Source of the DNA: an uncultured bacterium
Lineage (GTDB): Bacteria; Actinomycetota; Acidimicrobiia; Spongiisociales; UBA5794
Reading direction: 5' to 3'
NCBI GenBank assembly: GCA_963801165.1
Contig: CAWDDT010000006.1
Location: 590,577 to 654,576, forward strand
DNA length: 64,000 nt
Part shown: positions 49,940 through 58,969 of the stretch, one piece after another
How the letters are laid out: every line of letters begins with the position of its first letter
How positions within the stretch are numbered: the stretch's first letter is position 1
Notes under the pieces: model-generated
The model's input: the letters and a program-made list of their open reading frames with translations, nothing else
Told to the model about the DNA's origin: nothing
The model's database searches: none
Made by a program: the position numbers and the translations under genes

Positions 49940-50328
49940 CGCTGGTCGCTCTCTGGTGGGAGGATTGGGCAACTGCGTCTCTTCCCCGTCGGAAGCTTGC
50001 ATGGTACCCAGCAGCGCGAGCTCAGCCGAGTCGAGCACCCGTCCACCCAGCCAAGAGCCGCGATCGCGGCGGGGACGGGGTGACATGTTGAACGCGAGCG
50101 GCAAGGCTGGTGGACTCGACCTCTACGTGGCGGTTGAGCACGGAGACCCGATCCCCGATGTCGGAATCGACACGACTGCCACCGTGTATCGCCGCAACCA
50201 AACAGCCCTGGGGCTCGCGCTTTGCTGGAAGGTGCGAATACAACGCCCCATTCCGGGGCGACGATCGAAGAACCTGTTCGTGCAGCACAGGTGGTGGGGT
50301 AGGCGAGCCTGGTCGGTCAATGTGCAGT

Positions 50329-50637
50329 TCAGCAGCCGAGCGCATAGCCAACGGCTGCGCACACGCGATCCATCGTCCCTTGGTCGACAACGCCGACACA
50401 TCCGGTCAACGACGAACGTGCAACAGTGTGTATACCGTCACAGTTGATCGTCGACTCTCGATCCAGTCCAACCGAGACATCATCTAGCAGAACTTCGACG
50501 GCGAGACCGCGCATCGAGGTGGTGATTTCGGCAACAGTCACCAACGAGCGCACATCAATCACCTCGGGGCGGGTAAGTATCAGTACCGGACGTCGCTTCC
50601 CCCCGACTTCCGCCAACCACACTTCTCCCCGCGTCAC
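50329..50637 (-). CDS. MazF/PemK-family toxin
   Basis: RGEVWLA..KRRPVLIL..ITT. Confidence 0.88.
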   Translation of the reverse strand: MTRGEVWLAEVGGKRRPVLILTRPEVIDVRSLVTVAEITTSMRGLAVEVLLDDVSVGLDRESTINCDGIHTVARSSLTGCVGVVDQGTMDRVCAAVGYALGC

Positions 50638-50843
50638 TCCTCACCCCACGACTCAGCCTCGTCCCAGAATGTGTCCGGTAGTTCGGGCTGTCGCAAATAG
50701 GCGGCACGGTCTGCCTCGGCCAATGCGGCGTGGACAGCGGCGGCAACGCCGTCACGAGCGGCAGCCGAGATGTTCACCCCTAGCTTTCGGGCTTGTTTCG
50801 CCAAGGACTCCTCGAGAGTGAATGTGGAGCGGGTAGTTGCCAT
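50634..50843 (-). CDS. CcdA-like antitoxin
   Basis: TFTLEESL..ARKLGVNIS; GTGA overlap with the toxin. Confidence 0.78.
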   Translation of the reverse strand: MATTRSTFTLEESLAKQARKLGVNISAAARDGVAAAVHAALAEADRAAYLRQPELPDTFWDEAESWGEE

Positions 50844-51151
50844 ATCCGTATGCTAGCGCAAGATGCCAGCGCCAGGTAATAGCCTCAACAACTCTGGACC
50901 GACCCCATCGACGAGAGCACTGTGCACATCTCGCAGCAAGGCTACGTCCGGCTCTGCACAGTCTGTGGCAACGCGACATCCGGGGGCGTCGTGTCGACGA
51001 TCAACGCCGGCTCGGCATCGCCTGCGTACAGCCTGCCCAGAGGTATGTCGATGTCGGATGTCACTCCGCCGTGCTCATCCTCACAATCAAGGGTAAGGGA
51101 CTCCCACAGCACGCGTACCACTATCCGGGGCTCACGTCAGCATCGCCCGCG

Positions 51152-51340
51152 CTAAGTCAACGCTCGGACAATGACGACAAGGGCGCCGACGATGACGAGA
51201 ACTGCGCCGATCGCCATCGTAAGCCAGCCCAATTGGGTCATGTGGAACCGCAGATACTCAGAATGCTTGGCCTGAGCCGACGGTTCCAGCCGCTTGAGGA
51301 CTTCGAACACCCCGCCAACAAAACACGAGAGCCAATCCAA
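51152..51340 (-). CDS. Possible small membrane protein
   Basis: One C-terminal TM helix; weak support. Confidence 0.25.
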   Translation of the reverse strand: MDWLSCFVGGVFEVLKRLEPSAQAKHSEYLRFHMTQLGWLTMAIGAVLVIVGALVVIVRALT

Positions 51341-51439
51341 AACCGATCATCGCCCTGACATTACGATGCGAAATGGCACTTGGTGAAGCGCCCTTCGGTC
51401 TGCGACACCGGGCGATCTGCGCGCTGGGCCGTAGGTGAA

Positions 51440-51560
51440 GGTGCCGTTTGTGATGGGATCCAATGCCGTAACCGAGTTGCCTGTAGAACCAAGGACCTCC
51501 TGAATCGCCATCCGCTGCGTATTTGAGGTCCATCACGGTGAGGTGACATGTTCCTACGAC
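51440..51560 (-). pseudogene. Possible S1 serine-protease remnant
   Basis: GDSGGPWF catalytic-Ser motif in an otherwise degenerate ORF. Confidence 0.4.
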
Positions 51561-51600
51561 CCCACGTCTACGAACACCCAAGTCCCGTGAGGGATTTGGG

Positions 51601-51650
51601 TGGTGGGCGTTACCAGACTCGAACTGATGACCTCTTCCTTGTAAGGGAAG
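51601..51650 (-). other. 3' fragment of tRNA-Val(TAC), island attachment site
   Basis: CTTCC-CTTACAA-GGAAG anticodon arm, ATCAG-TTCGAGT-CTGGT T arm, AACGCCC-ACCA; 5' half absent. Confidence 0.9.
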
Positions 51651-51766
51651 ATCAGGGGGTTTTGGGTGTCACGAGCGCGGCTGTGTTCTTCGTCAATATC
51701 CGTTGTGGTGCAACAGTTTTCACCTTTCGTCAACCCTCATCGTCTTGCGGCAGTTATCATCGTTTT

Positions 51767-51796
51767 GCGGACCACGCGCGGACCAGGCGCGGACCA
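51767..51796. repeat. GCGGACCA x3 at 11-bp period (candidate integrase arm sites)
   Basis: Copies at 51767, 51778 and 51789, about 120 bp inside the att site. Confidence 0.6.
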
Positions 51797-51855
51797 AAAC
51801 TGGCAGACGGACGCGCTAGGAACTCTGCCAGAGCGGTGTGCGGACGTCTCGCTGG

Positions 51856-51930
51856 TCCCGCTAGAGCGAACCCTCCGGCCTCGGGAAGTTCGCTCACGAG
51901 TTCTGCGAGCCTTTTCTGCAGAAGCGTCAA
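51856..51930 (-). pseudogene. Truncated AbiEii-type nucleotidyltransferase toxin
   Basis: TTGA overlap; MTLLQKRLAELVSELPEAGGFALAG, then cut off. Confidence 0.6.
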
Positions 51931-52256
51931 CTAGAGAGGGAGACACCGCGGTGACGCCGCAGCCAGTCCGCCCATGCCTGGCGCACATGGCGGGGTAAAA
52001 CGACTTCGTCCCACAGATCGATCAAGCCGTCCACGTCAATGAAACACCGAACGTCGTCTTCGTTTCCCTCGCGAAGCACCTGTTCGTACACCCGGGCGCG
52101 CTGCTGGCGATCGGCAAGGTCGTATCGGCGAGGAGGGCCGGCCCAGCGAAGATGCAGCGGCAACTCAACCACGCCGGTGGCTTTCTCGACGCCTGCCGAA
52201 TCGAGATCGTCCGGCACTGCGGGAACCTGGGCGATGGCCCTTGTCAATCTTTCCAT
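51927..52256 (-). CDS. Putative antitoxin partner of the AbiEii-like gene
   Basis: LPLHL.W..YDL..R..VYE.VLREG..LW..LP..VR.AW. Confidence 0.65.
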   Translation of the reverse strand: MERLTRAIAQVPAVPDDLDSAGVEKATGVVELPLHLRWAGPPRRYDLADRQQRARVYEQVLREGNEDDVRCFIDVDGLIDLWDEVVLPRHVRQAWADWLRRHRGVSLSS

Positions 52257-52317
52257 GATTGCCTCAGCGTACCGGCGTCCCCCGGGTCAGCGACACCGAA
52301 AAGCCGAGTCGGCCCCG

Positions 52318-52803
52318 TCAGGTCAGCGCTATGTCGTGGTGTTCGGCGAGTTGCTCAACGAGTTCAGCGATAGGCATCGCCTGGCGGTCGGCGCCCGCCC
52401 GGATCAACGCCACCGCGGCGTAAAGGGCGTAGCGCCAATAGTCGTCAGCATGCCACCAAGTCACCTCATCCAACAGATCCGGCTCTAGGCCGGCCCGCAC
52501 CGATGCGCTGGTCAGGAGCGCATACTGAATCTTGCGGTTCTCGCGACCGCGGAACTGGGCCTCAGGCAGATAGGCCTCGCGCAACCCGTCGTACTGAACG
52601 GGATCCGCCCGTGTCACGCCGGTGATCTCCATCGCATCGGCAGCGAGACCCATGAATACTTCGCCCGGAAAGGTGTTGTTCTTCGGATGGAGGTCTGTGA
52701 CCGACTCGGCCAGCTCGAACACGTCGGCACCCTCAGCCAAACCAGACAAGAAGCGACGAAGCGCCTCACGTTGATCTTCTTCGGTCGTATGCGTTGTGGC
52801 CAT
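52318..52803 (-). CDS. Hypothetical protein
   Basis: Protein-like ORF; TAGATT 7 nt before ATG. Confidence 0.65.
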   Translation of the reverse strand: MATTHTTEEDQREALRRFLSGLAEGADVFELAESVTDLHPKNNTFPGEVFMGLAADAMEITGVTRADPVQYDGLREAYLPEAQFRGRENRKIQYALLTSASVRAGLEPDLLDEVTWWHADDYWRYALYAAVALIRAGADRQAMPIAELVEQLAEHHDIALT

Positions 52804-52850
52804 AACCCGCAATCTACGCCGCCAGACGGCGTGACGCACCGTGCGAGACG

Positions 52851-52938
52851 AACACCACCGAGTCGACCTGTTCCGGATGCTCATCGACCGCAACCACGAG
52901 GCCGCCCATGACCTCCGGTACCCACATATCTACCGATC
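52851..52938 (+). mobile_element. Right-end remnant of a second Tn554-like element
   Basis: Strong similarity to 58269-58390 (HHRVDLF.MLI.RNH coding plus TACCCACATAT.TACCGATC). Confidence 0.8.
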
Positions 52939-52983
52939 GGCGTGGCTATGGACAACCAAAGAATATCAAGCTAAGTTGACGGC

Positions 52984-53205
52984 ATGGACCCTGTCATCCT
53001 GGCAAGCGCCCGCAAACACGGGGTCACCGACAACGACATGCTCCACGCTTACCGCAACCCCATCCGAATCTTCGACCTCGACGACCTCGTCATGCTCGTC
53101 GGTGCCGACGAAAACGGCAAACCTCTCGAAGTCGGCGTGGCAACCGCCGAGGGTGTCGAGTTCATCGTTCACGCCATGCCAGCACGACCCAAGTTCTCAA
53201 GGTGA
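52984..53205 (+). CDS. RelE/BrnT-like toxin
   Basis: SARKHGV..D..HA..LEVG..IVHAM. Confidence 0.72.
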   Translation: MDPVILASARKHGVTDNDMLHAYRNPIRIFDLDDLVMLVGADENGKPLEVGVATAEGVEFIVHAMPARPKFSR

Positions 53206-53210
53206 CCGTT

Positions 53211-53483
53211 ATGCCCCGATCTATCCAAGAAATCCTCGACCATGCCGACGAACTCGCTCAGCGATTAGAAGACTACGAACCGTCCGCCGACGACGAACGG
53301 CCGGTCGAGGAATACCTTCTGCAACGTGCCGTGCTAACACGCGCCCGCAGCGAGCGCCAGATCCTCGACGCAGTAATTGCAGCACGTTCTGCAGGTATCT
53401 CCTGGGCCAAGATCGGCGGATTGCTCGGAACCTCTGCACAAGCCGCACAACAACGCTACGGCGCCGTCGTCGAACAGGTGTAA
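53211..53483 (+). CDS. HTH antitoxin-like protein
   Basis: AR.AG.SWAKIG..LGTS.QAAQQRY. Confidence 0.75.
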   Translation: MPRSIQEILDHADELAQRLEDYEPSADDERPVEEYLLQRAVLTRARSERQILDAVIAARSAGISWAKIGGLLGTSAQAAQQRYGAVVEQV

Positions 53484-53805
53484 CACCGATTCGCCACCAC
53501 CAGTAGTCACAGCACCGATCGTAGAAGAGCCGATCGGGGACATTCTCAGGAATGGGCGATATGGGCGCATTTCGTGTGATCTGTACCACGTCGATTCGGC
53601 GAAAGACCAAACGGGGACACAACTCTCACCCGATCAGCGCCGAAGGGTCTCGTCCGTCGCCGCGTCGCGTCCCGTGCCCGTACAATCAACGCAATCGTCC
53701 CAACGTCCCAAATCCAGGCTCTCGGAGTCTGTGGATCCAAGGAAGGAACCCGGGCGCAAGGAACTCTCCTACGCCGATCACCTTCCTATCTAGAAAGGTG
53801 ATCTC

Positions 53806-54009
53806 ATGTTTCGAAGGCTCGCCAACGAATGGCACAAACTGCGGGGCCGGCCGGATACAAAACGAGTGGTCGAAGAGATCGACAAACTCCGGGATCGTCC
53901 CGACACGGAACGAGTGGTCGAAGAGATCGACAAACTCCGAGATCGTCCCGACACGAAACGAGTGGTCGAAGAGATCGACAAACGCGGGAATGGAACGCAG
54001 GGCGACTAG
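53806..54009 (+). CDS. 67-aa protein built from a 48-bp (16-aa) triple repeat
   Basis: KLR(G/D)RPDT(K/E)RVVEEID x3; GAAAGG RBS. Confidence 0.55.
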   Translation: MFRRLANEWHKLRGRPDTKRVVEEIDKLRDRPDTERVVEEIDKLRDRPDTKRVVEEIDKRGNGTQGD

Positions 54010-54423
54010 GTGCTGGTGAGGCGTCCGTCAAGAGGGGCCGCTCACTCACAGCAGATGCGCATGAGCCGCCACGGAGATTGAGCGAGCATGAGACAGCCAT
54101 TGGCCACACAGAACGGTGCTAGACCCGGCAGATCGAGCGTACCGAGCTGCGGGAGACGCAACACCGTCGGTGTTCGAAATCCCGCACGCATCAATGCCGT
54201 TATGCGTGCCCCGAAACCTCACCGCTGATCGCCGGGTGATGCTGCGTAGCCAGCTGTGCATTCAGGCGAGTCGGCGTCGAACGAACGACGCGGGCGCCAG
54301 CGATCCGGTGACGTTGGTGAGACCGTGGCGAGCGGTCGCGGTGCGAGATCGTTCGCCCTTGTGCTCTGCCAGGAGGTTCCGGTGATACTACGATCGGTCG
54401 ATCCAGACGAGTGAGGGAGAACA

Positions 54424-55008
54424 GTGAGCGACTACCTGGTCAAACCACTCGGTCCTGACACGTGGGATGCGTTCGCTGCGCTCGTCGAGCGCCACAACGG
54501 CGTATGGGGCGGCTGCTGGTGCACCTTCTTCCACGCGACCAGCCCCGACACCCCGGAGGGCAACCGCAGCATCAAGCAGGGGCTGGTCAGCGCTGGAGAA
54601 GCGCACGCCGCTCTGGTGTTCGACGGTGATCGGGCCGTCGCCTGGTGCCAATATGGACCAGCGGACGAACTGCCGAACGTCCAGCACAACAAGCAGTACC
54701 TGGCTGAACTCGACATCGTGCCGGACTACCGAATCACCTGCTTCTTTGTGGACCGTGACTACCGTCGCCACGGCATGGCCCGTGTCGCTCTCGATGGAGC
54801 CCTGCAACTGATCGCGCAGGCCGGCGGTGGGGTGGTGGAGTCGTACCCGCAGGACACCGACGGTAAGAAGACGTCGGCGTCGTTCCTCTACAACGCCACG
54901 CGGAGTATGTTCGAGCAGGCGGGCTTCACCTACACCCGGAGCAAGGGCAAGAACCATTCCGTTATGCGCAAGACGGTCCGTGCGAAGAGGACCCGGGCGA
55001 AGCGATGA
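54424..55008 (+). CDS. GNAT acetyltransferase
   Basis: GCWC, ITCFFV..YRRHG, ESYP. Confidence 0.85.
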   Translation: MSDYLVKPLGPDTWDAFAALVERHNGVWGGCWCTFFHATSPDTPEGNRSIKQGLVSAGEAHAALVFDGDRAVAWCQYGPADELPNVQHNKQYLAELDIVPDYRITCFFVDRDYRRHGMARVALDGALQLIAQAGGGVVESYPQDTDGKKTSASFLYNATRSMFEQAGFTYTRSKGKNHSVMRKTVRAKRTRAKR

Positions 55009-55048
55009 TTACGAGCGTTGCGACCGAATCCGAAAGAGGGTTTCATCG

Positions 55049-55756
55049 ATGGACATGCTGATGGACAACAGGATCGCCGAAGCCGGGCTGACCGACTGGC
55101 GCAAGCTTGCGCAGGGACTGCACGCTCGCTACGTGGTCGACGACTTTGGCACCGGTGCATGGTTCGTCGTCGCGGTGGGTGAGGCGGGCGACGGGGTCGG
55201 CCACCACCCGATCGTGTCGATCGGCCCTGGGTACGTCGACCTAAAGTTGGTCAGCGACGACGCCATCTATCGCGACGAGGAGGGAACCGAACACGTTGTC
55301 GAGTGGGTGACTCAGCAGGATATCGACCTTGCGCGGCGGATCACCGAGATCGCCGCCGACCACGAGCTCGACGCCGATCCGGCCTCGGTCAGCGTGATCG
55401 AGCTCGGCCTCGACACGCCGGACTCCGGGACCATCGCCCCAGTGTGGGCCGCGCTGCTGACCGGAAACCTGGAGGCCCAGGGTCGCGGGACGCCCAGCGA
55501 CGAGATCCGCGATGCTGCGGGACGGGCTCCGAACCTGTGGTTTGGGGACACTGACGAGGACGAGACGCCGCGGCAGCGGTTCCACATCGAGGTCTACGTG
55601 GCGCCCGACGTGGCCGAGCAACGGATCGCCATGGCCGTCGCTGCGGGTGGGACCGTCATCGATGACAGCAAAGCGCCGTCGCTGACGGTAATCGCCGACC
55701 AGGACGGCAACAACGGTGTCGTTTGCGCCGACGGGTCCGCAGCGAAGACGGAATGA
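55049..55756 (+). CDS. Pterin-4a-carbinolamine dehydratase-like + VOC/glyoxalase fusion
   Basis: GHHP, DIDLARRITEIA; RQRFHIEV..AAGG..DQDGN. Confidence 0.8.
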   Translation: MDMLMDNRIAEAGLTDWRKLAQGLHARYVVDDFGTGAWFVVAVGEAGDGVGHHPIVSIGPGYVDLKLVSDDAIYRDEEGTEHVVEWVTQQDIDLARRITEIAADHELDADPASVSVIELGLDTPDSGTIAPVWAALLTGNLEAQGRGTPSDEIRDAAGRAPNLWFGDTDEDETPRQRFHIEVYVAPDVAEQRIAMAVAAGGTVIDDSKAPSLTVIADQDGNNGVVCADGSAAKTE

Positions 55757-55981
55757 ACTGCCAACTCAGTGCTCGGTAATCGCGGCGCCGCGTCGACCTC
55801 AGACCCGCCCAAGAACCGGCAGATAGGCATCTCGAAGATGACGATCGTCACCGCCGATGTTTGACAGCCCGCTCCGCTAGGTGAGGATATGGGGGTAATC
55901 CGTCGTTGGTTTGGTGGACGGTGGGTGGTTGCTATGGGACGCTGGGTGGTGGTCCCGTCGGGGCCGGAAATGGATGTTCAC

Positions 55982-57026
55982 ATGTCTTGGTCCCCGCTGC
56001 TGGTTCGCTCTGAGATGTCTGATGATCGGGTGCGGGTTCGTCTCGGCCACAAGGTCGTTGATGACTATCTCGAGTTCTTGGCGGCTCGGTGTCGACCGAA
56101 CACGGTTTTGGCGGCTGGCTTCGATCTCAAAGTCTTCTTCACCCTGATCCCGGAGGATCCGGTGGAGGTGACGACGGCGGATGTGTTGGCGTTTATCACG
56201 GCGCAGCGATCAGCTGGCGACCCGAAAGTGGTCCGATTCTCTGATGGCGAGTCGGGGTTGTCATCGAGAACGATCCAGCGCCGCTTGTCGTCGCTGTCGT
56301 CGTTGTTTTCGTATTTGTTGGTGCGGGGTGACGTGACCCGCAACCCGGTGCCACAAGGACTATCGACACGTCGTTCTCGTCGTCGTGGCGGGCGGGGTGT
56401 CCCGTTGATCCGGACCCCCAGGACGCTGCCGCGGATCGTCGATCCCGGTGAGGTTGATTTGTTGTTGGCGGCGTGTCGCACTCTGCGAGATCGGGGCATG
56501 TTCGAAGCCATGGTGCTCGGCGGGCTGCGTCGCTGCGAAGTCCTCGGTCTGCGTCTTGGCGATCTTGACGCCGCCCACCGGCAGATCTTCATTGTTGAGG
56601 GCAAGGGCGGCCATCAACGCCAGATCCCGATCTCGACACGATGGTTCTCGACCGTTGGTGACTATCTCCGGATCGAACGACCCGTCGAGGCGATCATCAG
56701 ATCGGGTGTTTGTGGTGTTGAAGGGACAACGCCGCGGACGACCACTCTCGGATGAGGGCCTCAAACAAGTCTTTGTGTCCGCCCGGCAGCGGGCCGGGCT
56801 GAGACGGATCACTTGCCACGAGCTACGACATACCTGTTTTACCCGACTGCGCGAAGCTGGCATGGAGTTGGAGGCGTTGCAGGCGTTGGCGGGGCACCGC
56901 TCGATCGAAACGACCCGTCTCTATGTTCACCTAGCCAACGAATGGCTTGCAGAGGAGTATCACCAAGCCGCCGCCATCATCGACGCTGACATGTTTCTGG
57001 CCGCCGGCGACCGGGCCGGGAAATGA
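55982..57026 (+). pseudogene. Tyrosine recombinase (TnpA-like), frameshifted near 56695
   Basis: GLRRCE and EGKG in one frame; HELRH, AGH and Y in the next frame. Confidence 0.85.
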
Positions 57027-58330
57027 GCGCCCTACCAGTTCCCATCCCCCTCCCCGTCACTGCCACCGTCGAATATCAGGGACCGGGTCGGCCAGCGTCA
57101 CGCGAGATCGATTGGCCCCAAATCGCACAAACAGCACCGGTATTAGCTGCAACCTGTCAGCGTTACCTTGGTCAGCTCTCTTTGTCGTTGCGCCCTGCCA
57201 GTGTTGTCTCTGCTGATGGGATCTTGCGCCGTTTCGCCGGGTTCCTCACCAGCAATCATCCCGAAATCAACGGCCTAGTCGATGTGAAACGCGTCCATAT
57301 CGAAGGGTTCAAACGTTATCTACCCACCCGACCGGGCAAGAACGGTCGGGCGCCACTGTCGGAGCAAACAATCCGGATGGCGCTCGGCACCCTGCGCACC
57401 TTCTTTGAACGGGTCTCCGAATGGGACTACCCCGACGCACCGAGACGGGTGCTGATCTTTAACGGGGATCTCCCCACCCCCGACGACCCACTACCCAAGT
57501 TCCTGTCTGATGTTGACGCAGCCAAACTGATGCAAGCCGCCGCCGATGCCGACCCGGTGCGTCGCTTGGTGATCGAGATGCTGGCCCGCACCGGACTTAG
57601 AGTCGGCGAGTTTTGTGCCCTCACCGCCGACGCTGTGGTGTCGATCAAAGGCCGCCATTGGCTGCGGGTCCCGCTGGGGAAACTCCACAACGACCGCTAC
57701 GTCCCCCTCCACCCCGGGCTGGTTGAACTCCTCAACGACTACCGAGCAACCCGCGATGACGACATTGACCGGTTGATTATCTGGAACGGTGGCCCAATGA
57801 GCCGGCACCAAATCACCCGCATCCTCAACCGGATAGCCAAGATCGCTGGGATCGGCCATGTCCACCCCCACCAGCTACGACACACGTTGGCTACCCAAGC
57901 GATCAACCGTGGGATGAGCCTCGAAGCTATCGCTGCGATGTTGGGCCACAAAACACTACGGATGACCCTGGTATATGCCCGAGTCGCTGACCAAACAGTC
58001 GCCGACGCCTACGACGCCGTTTCCGACCAGGTCGATGCCCTCTACACCAAACCCAACGGGCTCAGAGCCAACGGGAACGGCTCCGTCGGCATGGCCAGCC
58101 TCGCCGACCAATACCACCACACCATGCTCGGAAACGGCTGGTGCAACCGGCCACCACAAATCGACTGCCAATTCGAATCGATCTGCGAATCGTGCGCCTA
58201 CTACAACACCGACCAGTCATTCCAACCCGTCCTGAAAGCACAACGTGACCACGCCCACCAACAAGACCAACACCACCGAGTCGACCTCTTCGAAATGCTC
58301 ATCAACCGCAACCACAAGGCCAAACCATGA
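57023..58330 (+). CDS. Tyrosine recombinase (TnpB-like) with Cys-rich tail
   Basis: GLRVGE, GKL, HQLRH, LGH, Y; LGNGWC..C..CESC. Confidence 0.92.
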   Translation: MSALPVPIPLPVTATVEYQGPGRPASREIDWPQIAQTAPVLAATCQRYLGQLSLSLRPASVVSADGILRRFAGFLTSNHPEINGLVDVKRVHIEGFKRYLPTRPGKNGRAPLSEQTIRMALGTLRTFFERVSEWDYPDAPRRVLIFNGDLPTPDDPLPKFLSDVDAAKLMQAAADADPVRRLVIEMLARTGLRVGEFCALTADAVVSIKGRHWLRVPLGKLHNDRYVPLHPGLVELLNDYRATRDDDIDRLIIWNGGPMSRHQITRILNRIAKIAGIGHVHPHQLRHTLATQAINRGMSLEAIAAMLGHKTLRMTLVYARVADQTVADAYDAVSDQVDALYTKPNGLRANGNGSVGMASLADQYHHTMLGNGWCNRPPQIDCQFESICESCAYYNTDQSFQPVLKAQRDHAHQQDQHHRVDLFEMLINRNHKAKP

Positions 58331-58446
58331 CCCCCGATTACCCCCATATCCCGAAATCGTTTGACACGATTACCCACATATGTACCGATCCCGCGCACCC
58401 GGCGAGGTGCTCGTTCTTGCAACAGAATTGCTGGTCTGTGCTGTGG

Positions 58447-58791
58447 CTAGCCGGGGATGTCGAGGATGAGACCCAGGGTGTCACGGATCTGGCTGACCGC
58501 GGCAGCACCGACATTGCCGATCACCTGGTCGACTCGCTTCATCGACACCGCCCTGATGTGTTGACACTGGGCGGCAGACTGGTTTTGCAGCCCGTTCATA
58601 CTGTCGGGTTCGATCGTGACCTCCGCCGCAAAGCCGCGCACGGTGCTAGTCAACGGAACTACTTGGATCACATTTGGTTGAGCATCCAAGATCCGCTGAG
58701 CGGTGACAACGACAGCGGGATGGCGAAACCCTGCCTCGCGACCTTCGGGAAGTCCGAGATCGAGCTGGATCACGTCACCCGAGGTCAGCAT
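58447..58791 (-). CDS. MazF/PemK-family toxin
   Basis: GDV..GREAGFRHPAVVV..VVPLTS..NGL. Confidence 0.9.
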   Translation of the reverse strand: MLTSGDVIQLDLGLPEGREAGFRHPAVVVTAQRILDAQPNVIQVVPLTSTVRGFAAEVTIEPDSMNGLQNQSAAQCQHIRAVSMKRVDQVIGNVGAAAVSQIRDTLGLILDIPG

Positions 58792-58969
58792 CGAGCCACT
58801 CGACTTCGTCGCGGCTCAAGGTGGCCGTGAGTTCTTCGCCGATCCGGTCCTGCCGGAGACGCCGCACCGCCAGGGCAACGGTCTCTCCGACCGTCGTTCC
58901 CAGCCGATCGGCCAGTCGTTTTAATTCCTGGTGGGTAGCTTGATCAATTCGAACACTCGTACTCTGCAT
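58775..58969 (-). CDS. RHH-type antitoxin
   Basis: TSVRID..HQELK.LA; overlaps toxin start. Confidence 0.78.
   Translation of the reverse strand: MQSTSVRIDQATHQELKRLADRLGTTVGETVALAVRRLRQDRIGEELTATLSRDEVEWLDADLG

Larger units (their letters stand above)
55885..58390 (+). mobile_element. Tn554-like element with two tyrosine recombinases
   Basis: 16-bp inverted repeat GGATATGGGGGTAATC (55885-55900 / 58336-58351) flanks a tnpA/tnpB-like pair; exact ends uncertain. Confidence 0.72.

Noticed and set aside
49945-50325. Riboswitch or gene upstream of mobB
   Set aside because: I could not recognise a Moco riboswitch structure or a convincing ORF; an Rfam search would be needed.
51601-51680. Intact tRNA-Val gene
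   Set aside because: The 5' acceptor strand and D arm are missing; treated as an att duplicate.
53840-53985. CRISPR array
   Set aside because: Intervening sequences are near-identical rather than unique spacers, the repeat is in frame in an ORF, and no cas genes are present.
55982-58330. RIT element or the island's own integrase
   Set aside because: There are two recombinases (one frameshifted), not three; they have their own repeats and lie over 4 kb from the att site.
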